A stretch of DNA of 64,000 nt from positions 12,028,001 through 12,092,000 of the forward strand of contig NC_042999.1 in the NCBI RefSeq assembly GCF_006345805.1, given 5' to 3'. This document shows, piece by piece, positions 52,550 to 64,000 of the stretch. Both the position numbers and the translations under genes were made by a program. The notes under the pieces were generated by a model. It did not search any database. It was not told the DNA's origin and saw only the letters and a list, made by a program, of their open reading frames with translations. Origin of the DNA: Octopus sinensis. Its lineage: Eukaryota. The stretch's first letter is position 1. Each line of letters opens with the position of its first letter.

Positions 52550-53869
52550 AAGATTAATATCTTATTTGAAAAACAAAGTAAGGGTTGGTGACAGAAAGAG
52601 CATCCAGGTGTCTCAACAAGTTCCTTTCCAACTCATTCCAGCATTGAAAAAGCAGAAGTAAAAAACAATGAAATGATGACTTATCTTATAGTATCAATGA
52701 TACTACTGAAGACTGGCCCTTTGAATTAGCTTTTTTCAAACCATGATTTTCAGAAAGGAAAATGTTACAACTTTAAGAGGAACCAAAACTAACAATAAAA
52801 ACAAACAAAAAAAATCAGAGATTTACAAAATGGCCTCCTGCTATTTCTCCAAGCAGAATGTTTCTTTGACATAATTTGTTTCCTGGAAACATTTCATTAT
52901 TATTAAGTCTATGTTTAAGACATTGCTTCACTGTTGACGGAACAATGAAAGCACTTGGTCTCTAACGGGCAATATGTTTGTGATAGAAGGGGTTTAGGGT
53001 AGTAAAAAATGTATGTAGGGAGTCTACATGTTAAAAGTTGTGTGGAGAACGGTGATGGCTTGTTTAAAACAATCCAATGAGGTCAAGATGTCAATACACA
53101 CACACAAACAGCCTTCTTTCAGTTCTAACACAGCTACTTACAAGGTTTTGGTCAGCCCAGGGCTACAATGAGCTATTAAGGAATCACTGTTGAACACAAA
53201 CCAATAAAAAAAATATTTTAAATATATTTTAAATGCTTTCTCATTGTTAGTGGTGGCCATCTCCCCCTCCAAGTAGTGGACAGCTATAAAGTATTGAGAA
53301 TGTAACTACATAGTGTGCTCGTGTGTGTGTGTGTGTGTGTGTCTGAGAGGGAAAGAGAGATAGGTAGAGTGATAACTAGATAAGATCTAAATGGATATTA
53401 CTGGGTATCAACAACATAGTGTGGTGGTTGTGGCATACTTTATCAAATTGGGTTGAAAAAAAAAAGTACCACAGGACAGTCAAGAGAGAGAGGGGTGAGG
53501 GGGGAGTTAAGGGAGTAAAAAGAGTTATTTTACAGGTGTGAAATTATACACTATTCTTTCAGTCAATCTACGGTGGTGGTGGGGGAGACAGACACTAATT
53601 CAACCATGAAAAACTCCCAATATTTGTGTCTCCTCTCATTGTTTTGGCAAGAAGCTTAAGATAGGTGAGTGGGCACAGAAAGGTGACAGTCCAATAGGAA
53701 GGTCAGAGAGAATATATATATATATATATATATATTCCTCCTTCATCCCCCTCATCCCCTTCCTTCTCCCCATCCTCTCCTCCCCCCTTCTCCTCCCCCT
53801 CCCCCTCTTCTCCTCACTACACCACATGACTTTACACATCACATCACATATGATGTGCCATACTAATAC

Positions 53870-54130
53870 ACACACCAACTAATACATACTAATACTTACA
53901 CCAACCCTATACATACACATGTCCAGACCCCGCATACGCACTTATACTCTCTCACACACACACACCTATACATACCAATACGTACTAATACATACTAATA
54001 CATACACCAACCCCATACATACGCACGTCCAGACCAATCTTACGCACTAATACTCTCTCATACACACACACACACACCCTTATACATACTAATACATACA
54101 CCAACCCTATACATACACACATCCAGACCC
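53870..54130 (+). repeat. CA-rich minisatellite, about 3 degenerate units
   Basis: CATACTAATACATACACCAACCCTATACATACAC..GTCCAGACC recurs three times, just upstream of pLTR-like copy 2. Confidence 0.75.
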
Positions 54131-54170
54131 CTCCCACGCACTTTTAGCTGGTCTCTCAACCCTTTTATCA

Positions 54171-54451
54171 ACCCTATTATCTCCCCTTATTTCGCTCTCG
54201 CGTCTCATGTTTGATCTTTGACCTCTGGCCGAAATCAGATCGCCATGTTGATTCGTTAGCTACTGCACGCATTTTTTTTCTCTCCTTCTTTCTGTGTTTT
54301 TCTCTCTCTGTGTATCTTTCTGTTGAAGAGCGTAGGCTCGAAACGTTAAAGACTTGTTTTATTTATATTTCCTGAGCGCCATACTAATACAATTGTTCGT
54401 TTGTTTTCCACCTGCCTTCGTCTTTTGTTTATTTTCATAAAGCTTCCCGTT
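54171..54451 (+). mobile_element. Dispersed repeat, probable Penelope-like pLTR fragment (copy 2)
   Basis: Near-identical to 16314-16596; hammerhead-like motif at 54315-54352. Confidence 0.6.
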
Positions 54452-56059
54452 ATATATATATATATATGTGTGTGTGTGTGGAGTTTACCCTATTAAGCTC
54501 ATCCACAGGTACAGGCTATCAGACAAGACAGAGTAATCCAGAGATTGCTTGTTTTATCAAACAGATGCCTGAAAATTCACAAATATCTATGGAGTTTTTT
54601 AAATTACAAACAAGAAGAATGGAGTGAGCAAGTCCTTTTAATTACATCAATTTACAATTGTTTCATCTGAAGTTAATTAATCTCATCAGTTTTGCTATAC
54701 AATAATAGATGTCACTGAAATGAGACAAAAACTGAATCAGATGCATCAGGATTATGTAGAAAATTCATTTGCGACTTGAATTAACAAGAGTTTACACGTT
54801 TATCAGGTTGGGTGTGTTTACCTGACCTGAAAGAATTTGTGTTGGCTGTTAAGAGTTAAAGGTAAAAAAATCTGCCTCAACAAAGATACATTAAAAAAAA
54901 GTAAAAATAAAAAAACTTTCTACCCCCTCCCCCCATTTGGAATGTCAAATCACCTGATGAGAGCAAACCCTACCACCCAGGTTGAAGCTTATTAATTTAA
55001 AGACATGAAATTTGAAACTAAACCAACCAACTTGGCCCCTAAAATGGTACAAAGTTTGTGAATTACATAACAAAATCTAACAATTTGTTTAGCAGAGACA
55101 TTTAGCAATGTTTACAATGGACGGGAGATGTTTAGTTTATATTGGAGTTTATATTGATTACAAGGCGAAAAGTGGTGAAATGAAGATTTTATTTATTTCA
55201 GGAAATATCCTGATACTTTGAGTTACCCCACCCCCATCTTTACAAATATCAGGCTACCTTGCATCACACTCCACCTTTAGAAAGGAAGAAATTCATCATC
55301 ATCATCATCATCCTCATCAAGGCGGTGACCCTGGCACAATGGTTAGAATGCTGGCCAAGAGGCTGAGTGGCATTTCTTCCAACTTTACATTCAACTTTGC
55401 TTTTTATCTTTTCAGGGTTGATTAAAAACAAAGTACCAGTCAAGTACTGGGGTCAATATAACCCCTACCCAAGCCCCTTAAGCCAAAATTAGAAAGACTT
55501 ATTAGTGAGGAGGTTGAAGCATTAAAAGATTTGTTTCAGTTTTTTATTTTCTGAGTTCAAATGCTACTAAAGTCAACTTTACATTATTCTAGGTCCAATA
55601 AAATAGGGAACCAGTGAAATGGAGAGGGGAAGAGGCTGATTGAATCAACTACCTCCCACCCCACTACACTAATTGCATTAATGTCAGAAATAATTACCAA
55701 GAAAAAGCATTCACCAGTGGGACCTTCAAGTCCAAATGAATACCAGTCATGTACTTGGGTTGATTTGACTCAATCTTTCTTTAAATTGGCAGTTTTGAGC
55801 CTGAGTTTATTTGGGACTATTCATAGTCCACCTCGGAGCACAGCAACAAGCAGTCCAACCCATGCAAGAATGGGGAACACAAAACTTATGAAGATGATGA
55901 TGATGACAATGATGATGTTGCTTGTTGGATCAGATTGTACTAATCTTAGGAAAGAAAAAAAAAACCAGTTCACTTTCCCCCCAAATCCCTACAATTAGGA
56001 AGGGAAAGCTTTACAAAGTGTATTAAAACAGGGGTTATTTAGTGGGGGGGGGCATCATA

Positions 56060-57320
56060 TTGGGTCATTCCATAAACCATGCAGCTTTTTTTTTTTACTT
56101 CTTTTATTTTTCAAAATTAAGATAACGTTCTTTTTTAATCTAACACATACTCTCCTTCATTTCCTACAATGCTCTTCCACCTATCTGGTAGACTTGCAAG
56201 GCCCCTCTTCCAAAATTTACTTGTCTGTGACAAAAAATACTCCTCCAGTACCGTTCTGACCTCGTTTACAGAATTCATATTTTTTTCGTCCAAATGATTT
56301 TGAAGACTACGGAATGAATGATAATCAAATGGGGCAATGTCTGGTGAATATGGTGGGTGGGGCATCATTTCCCATTAAAACTGCTCCAGCCTTTGGAATC
56401 TCTTCCTTGCCGTATGTGGCTGAGTATTATCCTGATGGAAGAAACCTTTCATCTTCAAACCAAATATGGTCGTTTTTCTTCTTGTGCTGACTTAAGCTAC
56501 TCAAGCTGCTTGCAGTAGATCTCCTTTGTTATTGTTTGGATTTAAAAGTTCAAAGTGAACTAAACCTTTCATATCCCACCAAAAAGATAGCAACACCTTA
56601 CATGGGTGAAGACCTTCTTTAGCCTGGGGAGCTGGTGTCTCTCCTTTCCCTACCCACTGTTTTCAGTGCTTGACAGTTTTATAGAGAGCCCATTTCTCAT
56701 CACCAGTCACTATTCAGTGGAAAAAAAGGTTCATTGGTGAGATGTGACAGCAAAGAAAAGGTCACGTTCACTCTTTGCATGCAATTAGACTCAGAAAGTC
56801 TGTGAGGAACCCACTGACCCAATTTGCTGACTTCTCTGATGGTTGAATGACCAAATCCAAGCTTCTCTGCTAGTTCCTCAACAGTTACGATGGGCTTTTG
56901 TTCCACCGGGGTTTGCAGGATGTCCTCATTGAGCTCTACAGATCTTCCAGGATGAGACTCATCTTCAAGGCTGTAGTTTCTGGCTTGGAATTTCTAGAAC
57001 CACCGTTGACTCTGGCTTACGCTTATTGTCCAATCCCCATTTACTGCATCAATATTCCTCACACTTTCCATTGTGTTGTTGCCTTTATTGAACTCAAAGC
57101 AAAAGATGCCGAATGTGCTCCTTTACCACTTCCATTTATAGCTTTGAAAAAATAACTGTTAAAATCGAACTGTACTCTTCAAAACTTGCACTAAGAATAA
57201 GCAGGAGTTAAAATTACTACCTGCTTTTATAGCAAGTTGATGCAGATAGTTTATCCTGTCCCCCTCTGGCTTTTAGTTCATACAATTGAAAAACACTGCA
57301 TTATTTATGGGATGAGCCAA
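56060..57320 (-). mobile_element. Full-length decayed mariner transposon (DD34D-type), 1261 bp
   Basis: TIRs TTGGGTCATTCCATAAACCATGCAG / TTGGCTCATCCCATAAATAATGCAG, TA on both sides; WVPHRL and HPPYSPDIAPFD motifs; ORF 57135-56135 broken. Confidence 0.92.
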
Positions 57321-58582
57321 TAGAATAAGACATTGTGAGTGAGAAGGGTCAATTGTCTCAAGAAGGACTGGGTGTTATGAGGAACAAGACACCACTGGGT
57401 GGGGGTGGGGGAATAAACAGATACATTCAGAGAGAGAAAAAGAGGGGGGGAGGCGGAGAAAGTATGTAACTCAGGCCAAGATTGACAGAAGAGGGGCACA
57501 TATGCACACACACACAGAGGGTGCCTGCAGACAGAGAGAGCCAGCCAATAAGACCAAAGCCAAGCCCTATCGTGGGGTGAGCAGGGAGGCAGAGAGAGGG
57601 TTTATGTTAGAAGAGAGTGAAAAGACTGCATCCTTCAGCAAGTTTTTGACAAACATTAACACAAATATGCCAAGACACCCTGGAAAATGTGGGGAGGGAG
57701 AAAAACAGCAGAGGTCATGTACTTTTTCAACAACAGCAACAAAAAAGAAAGAAAAACCAAACAAAAAGTTTTGGGCTTAAGATATAAAAAAAAGCAATTT
57801 CTGTCTGACACAAAAAGAGGACCCCCCCCCATTTTTCATGATTTTTACTGTTGTCATTAATGTTTTGTCTGCCCAGACTTTATAATTAGTCCTCCTATTG
57901 TTTCTAGCACCAACCACCACCACCATCCTCCTCCTCCTCCTCATCACCAGTGTCAGTGTTTAATATTTGCCGTAATTACTCTTGTTGTCATTAGAATTTT
58001 AAATGTTGTCATTGTTATCATCCCAGATCTCACCATTTAACATTATATAGTTAACCCAATTACCATATTATTATTAGCATTATCATCATCATCTGTAGTA
58101 GCAGTAGTAGTACATAAGACCATGTTGGCTGGATTTTCGTGTTCTATTATTATTATTTTATTTCCCAGCAAACATCTGCTAAATTTAGTTTATTTAGAAA
58201 AAGAACCTTTCATGTGTGTGTGTGTTGATTTTACATGTATAACAACCATCTATGATAAAATTCACTTCATCACACACCCTTATTTTCTTCATTTTATGCC
58301 AGTTTCTCCCTTCTTGCATGGGTCAAACAAATATATGAAGGAAGCCCTTCCTGTCTTTTTCATATAAGGGGTCATTTTTTGCAGAAGTCATCACAGATGT
58401 AAAGAAACACACACACACACACACACAATGATCTTATTTCATTTTTTTTTTTATATCTAATCCACTCACAGGGCTTCTGTTGGCCCAAACCCTAACCCCT
58501 CATTAGATCAACCTGAAACCTTGTGGTCAGGAAGCAAACTTCTCAACCACACAGTCATGCCTGTTCCTTTAGTACTAGTGTG

Positions 58583-58651
<69 letters not shown>

Positions 58652-58994
58652 ATGTACGTGGTATTACTTTAAAGAATGCAGTTGTGTAAGGCCAATGCAA
58701 GAAGGTAAAAAGTAAACTAGAAAAGGAAAAAGAACAAAGTTGCAGTTTTTTCCTTGTATTTCAATATTTCCGGGTGACAACACTTGCTTCAAGACATTTG
58801 GAAAAAAAGTGCTGTTTGGAAAAGGCTGTTGCCCCACAGACTCACACCTGAGCATTTTCTCAATGTCCTGAAGTCGGGGGTTTTCATCCCAAAATATAAA
58901 GTAAAACTGAAACTTTGTTCTGTTTTCTTTGCATTTTGTTTCTTTTACTTTCTACTTTCTTACACTTCCAGCTGTACACACACACAAACACGCA

Positions 58995-59215
58995 CAGTAA
59001 TCCCTTGACTATCGCAGGTGTTAGCCCCCCCCCCCACTCGCGATAGGTGAAAATCCGTGAAGTAGAAACAGTACTGTATATATATTTTTTAATTATTTCT
59101 ATAATTTGTAAATATTTATTTTATTCTAAATGCAAAAGAACAGCACAGAGAAATCGATGAACGCTGAAATCATAAACCGTGATAGATGAAGCGTGAGATG
59201 GTGAGGTGGTTACAG
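58995..59215. mobile_element. pogo/Tigger-like MITE
   Basis: Left end CAGTAATCCCTTGACTATCGCAGG, degenerate inverted right end, TA on the right flank. Confidence 0.55.
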
Positions 59216-59229
59216 TATATATATATCGT

Positions 59230-59680
59230 CATCATCATTGTTGTTGTTTAATGTCCGTTTTCCATACTGGTATGGGTTGGATGGTTCGACTGGCGTCTGG
59301 GAAGCCAGGAGGCTGCAACAGGCATCAATCCGATCTGGCAGTGTTTCTACGGCTGGATGCCATTCCTAATACCAACTACTCCGAGAGTGTAGCAGGTGCT
59401 TTTTGCATGCCACCAGCATGGAAGCCAGTCAAAGAGGCACTGGCATTGGCCACGTTTGGATGGTGCTTTTTACGCGATACCAACACAAGGCTCACAACTA
59501 CAATTTCCATTTGATTTGATTTTGATATTGCTGATGTTGATGTACTTGACTCAATAGATCTCCTCAAGCATGGCATGTCGTCCTACAATCCAAGATACTC
59601 TTGAGTAGGCTGGTTATGCCACACTAGTGTAGGTTACAGCTGTGGACTCAATTTGCCAGGTCTTCTCAGTCACAGCATAT
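59230..59680 (-). mobile_element. Old RTE 3' end
   Basis: (CAT)-type tail, TTTCCATACTGGTATGGGTTGG, CTGGATGCC, UTR modules. Confidence 0.75.
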
Positions 59681-59714
59681 GTATATATATATGTGTGTGT
59701 GTGTATATATATAA

Positions 59715-59898
59715 AACAATTGCAGTGTGGAAGGTGTTTATAAGCCATTTAAAAACACACAAAAACTGTTACATTCAACATTTAAATGGCTGATAAAATT
59801 TAAGATATAGCATGCTACATCTTAAATTTAAATGATGAATCTAATGGTTTTTGTGTGTTTTTAAATGGCTTATAAACACCTTCCACGCTGCAATTATT
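59715..59898. repeat. About 184-bp palindrome centred on AGCATGCT
   Basis: 73-bp outer arms plus inner AATTTAAGAT/ATCTTAAATT stem. Confidence 0.9.
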
Positions 59899-59966
59899 TT
59901 TGTTCCAGCACACTATCTCAGATCAGGTCACTTGCTATGCAAGTACATCTCTGTAATATATATACA

Positions 59967-60669
59967 CAGGGGTTGGACAAAATAATGGAAACACCTAGCA
60001 TCATAGCATCATAATTTTGAAATATCTATAAAACTGCCAAAAGCTTGTTTATTTTTGTTTTTTGATTTATTATTAGTGTTTCTTAATATGTTTTGCTAAA
60101 ATTGCTGTTTCTTTTCAGATATCATCAGAAAAAGGTAATTAAAATTCATTAAACTGATAGATCTATCGGATTTTCAAAGAGGTCTAATTGTTGCTGCTCG
60201 TATGGCAGACACATGGCAGACACAAGAGTAACGAAAACAGCCAAAATGTTTGGTGTATCAAGAAGTACTGCCTCGAAAGTAATGACAGCTTTTGAGGAAG
60301 AGGGAAAAACCTCCTCGTCGAAACAAAACCCCGGAAGAAAACCAAAACTTTCAGATGGAGACTGTAAGACTTTTACGTGAATTGTTAGAGAGCTCCCAAA
60401 ATAACTGCAGAGCTTAATGACCACCTCGAGAATCCAGTTTCCGCAAAAACTGCTCGCTGGGAGCTGCACAAAGCTGGATTTCACAGGAGGGCTGCAATCA
60501 GAAAACCACTACTTTCAAAAACAAATGTTGCAAAGCATTTAGAGTGCAGTAAAAACCTACAGAATTGGTTCCTTGAGCAGTGGAAGAATGTTATTTTCTC
60601 GGACAAGTCATCCTTTACCTTATTTCTGACCACCGGCCGAGTATACATGTGGAAACAGCCTAAAGAATC
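59967..60669 (+). mobile_element. Tc1-like transposon, 5' half, decayed
   Basis: TIR-like CAGGGGTTGGACAAAATAATGGAAAC; DLSDFQRGLIV...GVSRSTASKV...GRKPKL...WKNVIFSDKSSF; interrupted by an RTE tail at about 60670. Confidence 0.88.
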
Positions 60670-61944
60670 TGGCAGATTGGAGCCTGGTGCAGCCATCTGG
60701 TTCGCCAGAGCTCAGTCAAATTGTCCAACCCATGCTAGCATGGAAAGATATATATATATATCAACATGTGTAAAAGAACAGTTACATATATTTTTAAACA
60801 TTGTTCAACAGTATATTCATGGCTATGGTATTTAATTGGTCTGATTATTGGTTCTATGCCGAGGCTAGGATTCTGATGGTTATAGGTCATCAGCTGTAGT
60901 AACAGAGTGCACAAAGATATATAAAAGTGTATGATCAAGTGTGCTTTAGCACAGGCTTAATATGTTGTAAGACGGTTACCAATCCAGATTCAAATCCCAA
61001 AATTAGGTTACTTTCTTCATCCATTCAAATAATGCAATTGAAAAACTGATGATAAGAACATCCCAATTCCTGTTCTTTTTCAACTAATTAATGGGTATTT
61101 TTTAATTACCAAAATATGAGCAAATCAACTAATTTATCAGACAAATACATAAATATTTATTGTTTAAAATATTGTGGTTAACCAGTATTCCTTTTATCTC
61201 TGGATTTAGTACCAGGCAGGAATTATGGAGATGGATGCAGAAAAGTGAATCTCTTCTGAACTTAACAGATATGTAATTATCACTTGTTTATTCAGGCCAA
61301 CTAATTATTTTGTCATTTTCCTTTGGTGTCTACAACACACACAATCTATTCTAAAAAGGAATATCACAAAATGATCCCAGTCATTTCTAATTATTGCAAT
61401 AAGTGTTGGTGGTCATTATCAAAGTCATTATTATTATTATTATTATTATTAGTTATATGGTTTCAGAGCAGATTATAGCTGATTATATTGGGTGTATTTA
61501 ATTGATAGTATATGAGCTCAATTTACCTCAAACCCTTAAAAAGAAAAACTAAAACAAAACAACCCTTAGTAAGATAATTATTTTCAACATTGCCTCATCT
61601 CCCCCCCCCCCAACGACAGCCTCCTCAACTTTTACAAACAAAAAAAAAGATACTTAATTGCTTTCCCCAATGCTTCTTAAAGGTTAAATTTACTGGCAAT
61701 TTGGCATCCTTTCTTTTCGCTTCTCTTTTCATGGAAATGTTTTTTATTTAATGAAAAAAATTGTTTTGTATGTAATACACTAAGGTCTCACATGTTTTAA
61801 TAAAGGGGAGTTTTTTATTATTAATTACATGGATAATTTTCCTTGGTTGAAGTTTATTGACTCACTATTCTTAAAACATGTGTAACCCTGGTGTATATCT
61901 GTTCTGTAGAGCAAAAGGTGCAGGCGTAGTTTGGGGGTTAAGAA

Positions 61945-62268
61945 CAAGCCTGGTCAACTCAAATTTCATTGCCGACCATTTAAATCACAGAATTTTTTTT
62001 TGAGGGCCACTTGTATACTGACAGAATTGAAGGCATTTTGCTTTCTCCTGCTATTATTACAATAATGAATGAACAATCGTTGATTCAACATGAAATAGTA
62101 TCGTTGCAAAAACAGTAGAATCTGTCTTTCTTTCTTTTTTACTTTCCATTACAATCTTTTTGATAAAATCTTAACAATGTTTGTTTGAATAAACCCATTT
62201 CAAGAAAGTATAAAGCGGGCCACACGATAAAAGTCTGCGGGCCATGAGCCTCAGGTTGGCCAGCTCTG
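61945..62268. mobile_element. hAT-type MITE nested in a family-1 SINE
   Basis: Degenerate TIRs CAAGCCTGGTCAAC / CAGAGCTGGCCAAC; 8-bp TSD GTTAAGAA / GTCAAGAA; the SINE resumes on both sides. Confidence 0.7.
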
Positions 62269-62401
62269 GTCAAGAACTTCCTTATCTTGTTTCAGATTCA
62301 GTTCCACTGCTGCACTTTTGGCCAAATGTCTTCTACTCTAGCCACAGGTCAACAACCAAAGCCTTGTCACTGCATTTGGTAGATGGAAACTGGAAAAAGT
62401 C

Positions 62402-62449
<48 letters not shown>

Positions 62450-62563
62450 ACATCGTATTTATTTATGTAATCATTTATAGAATAATTAATATAACGAAAC
62501 TGAAAACTCAGCAACTTGCAGCTGTTACTGCAACACAAAAATGATGTAAATTGTAATTAAAGC

Positions 62564-62608
<45 letters not shown>

Positions 62609-64000
62609 CTCAGTTCCAGTTTCAATAAAAAAAAAATACACATCCATGTGTGATTTGCTTATCTCGTTGTGTTGATAATGTGTAATAGTTGTAAATAAGT
62701 TTTGCTTTCATATTTCTAATCTTCCGTGAAAGCATGTCTGGCCAGAAGTAAATATTCACCTTGCTTGGACAGAGGTAAGTGTTGGCAACAGAAAGGACAT
62801 CAGCCTCAATAAAGTCCATCTAATCCCTGCAATCATGATAGAATGGACATTCAAACGATGATGACGATGATGAAATATTTTGAGTAAAATGAGTTAATTG
62901 GATCTATGTTTGACGACCTAGGCTCAACACTTTACTCTCCGCTGAGATCCTAACAAACAGCTCTGTAAAGAACATAAAGTACTTTGGTGAAATGGCTTTG
63001 TTGTCAATTATTTACAAGTAAAATATGTTAATATTACCTGATAAACCTATATCAGTGTTACAGATTATCAGAAAAGGATTTGATAGAGATTATTAGATAA
63101 AATGTTTCCAGCTTCTTCTACCGTCCAGTTTTCCAGAGGCTGGCATGAGTTGTATAGAAGCAATGGAGGCAGTTTCCCATCAGATGGACAGATGCCTTGA
63201 TCTGTTTCCTATGCTCATGGCTGGGCATGTCACAAAATATTGGAAATGGTTGACTGCGTGTATGAGAGTGATAATCATTTAATGTCAAGATGAAACACAA
63301 ACCCACCCCCACCACATATGTATATTCAACCTCCGTTTTTAACATCCATTTTTCCAATGGTTGCATGGATCAGACAGAATTTGCTGAGGCAGATAACCTA
63401 CAGCTGGATGCCCTTCCTGTCACTAACCCTCACCTAATATTTCCCCCATGGCCAGACACATTTTCACAGAAGATTGTAAATGAATGACATGACTCTTGGG
63501 AGGGCAGAGATATATAATGGGCTTCTGACAGTTTTGTAGGTGTGGGGTGAACGGTGTCTTTGCAGACGGTGGGATTCTCCCTCTAAAGGATTTAGCTTTT
63601 TGTTTTGTTTTATCTGACGAAAGGCTCAATCTAAAAGGTTCCTCTTTATATTTCATGTCACAACACAAACCAACATTTGGTTGGTTGAGGTATTTAACCA
63701 TGATGAAAGTATGATCAAATACAACAACAAAGGAAAGTTGTTGTTTTTGTTGTGGGGGTGAAGTAACGGAGAGGAAGGAGTCTGTGACGGACAACTGAGA
63801 AGGAGGAGATGATGATGAAGACACAGTTGGATGTAAAGAAACTTTGGAGGGTGGTTTTGGAGAGTCAAAACAGACAACCAATTGCAGATGTGAATAGTGT
63901 CAATCATTTATTTTGATTTTTTTCTAAATAAGTGAGTAAATGAGTGTGGGGATTGTCAAGAAGAAAGCAAAGTATGATTTGACATTGTACACACATCAGT

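Overview
Eukaryotic, AT-rich, repeat-dense DNA. The repeat repertoire (RTE LINEs with (GAT)n tails, two tRNA-type SINE families, Helitrons, Penelope-like remnants, abundant TA/CA/GA microsatellites) best fits an octopod cephalopod; this assignment is an inference. The only host gene I can support is a parvin on the minus strand. Its last two coding exons (CH2 C-terminus) lie at 24559-24631 and 14494-14582, separated by a 9976-bp intron. I could not find the next upstream exon, so the preceding intron is probably >39 kb. The rest is mostly mobile DNA: a decayed Rep/Pif1 Helitron plus non-autonomous Helitrons (4.4-10.9 kb), five young and several old RTE copies, a full-length decayed mariner (56060-57320), a Tc1 fragment, and Tigger-like and hAT MITEs. 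Most interesting: (1) a type I hammerhead ribozyme fold at 17017-17101 inside a 190-bp inverted repeat, and a variant minimal hammerhead in two dispersed copies; (2) a hierarchical, copy-number-variable hairpin array in the 3' UTR of a young RTE lineage; (3) a twin-priming-type 5'-inverted RTE insertion that shares private variants with a TSD-flanked copy 33 kb away; (4) a parvin with substitutions at normally conserved CH2 positions; (5) several long fold-back palindromes inside parvin introns. All alignments and folds were done by eye; no database search was run.
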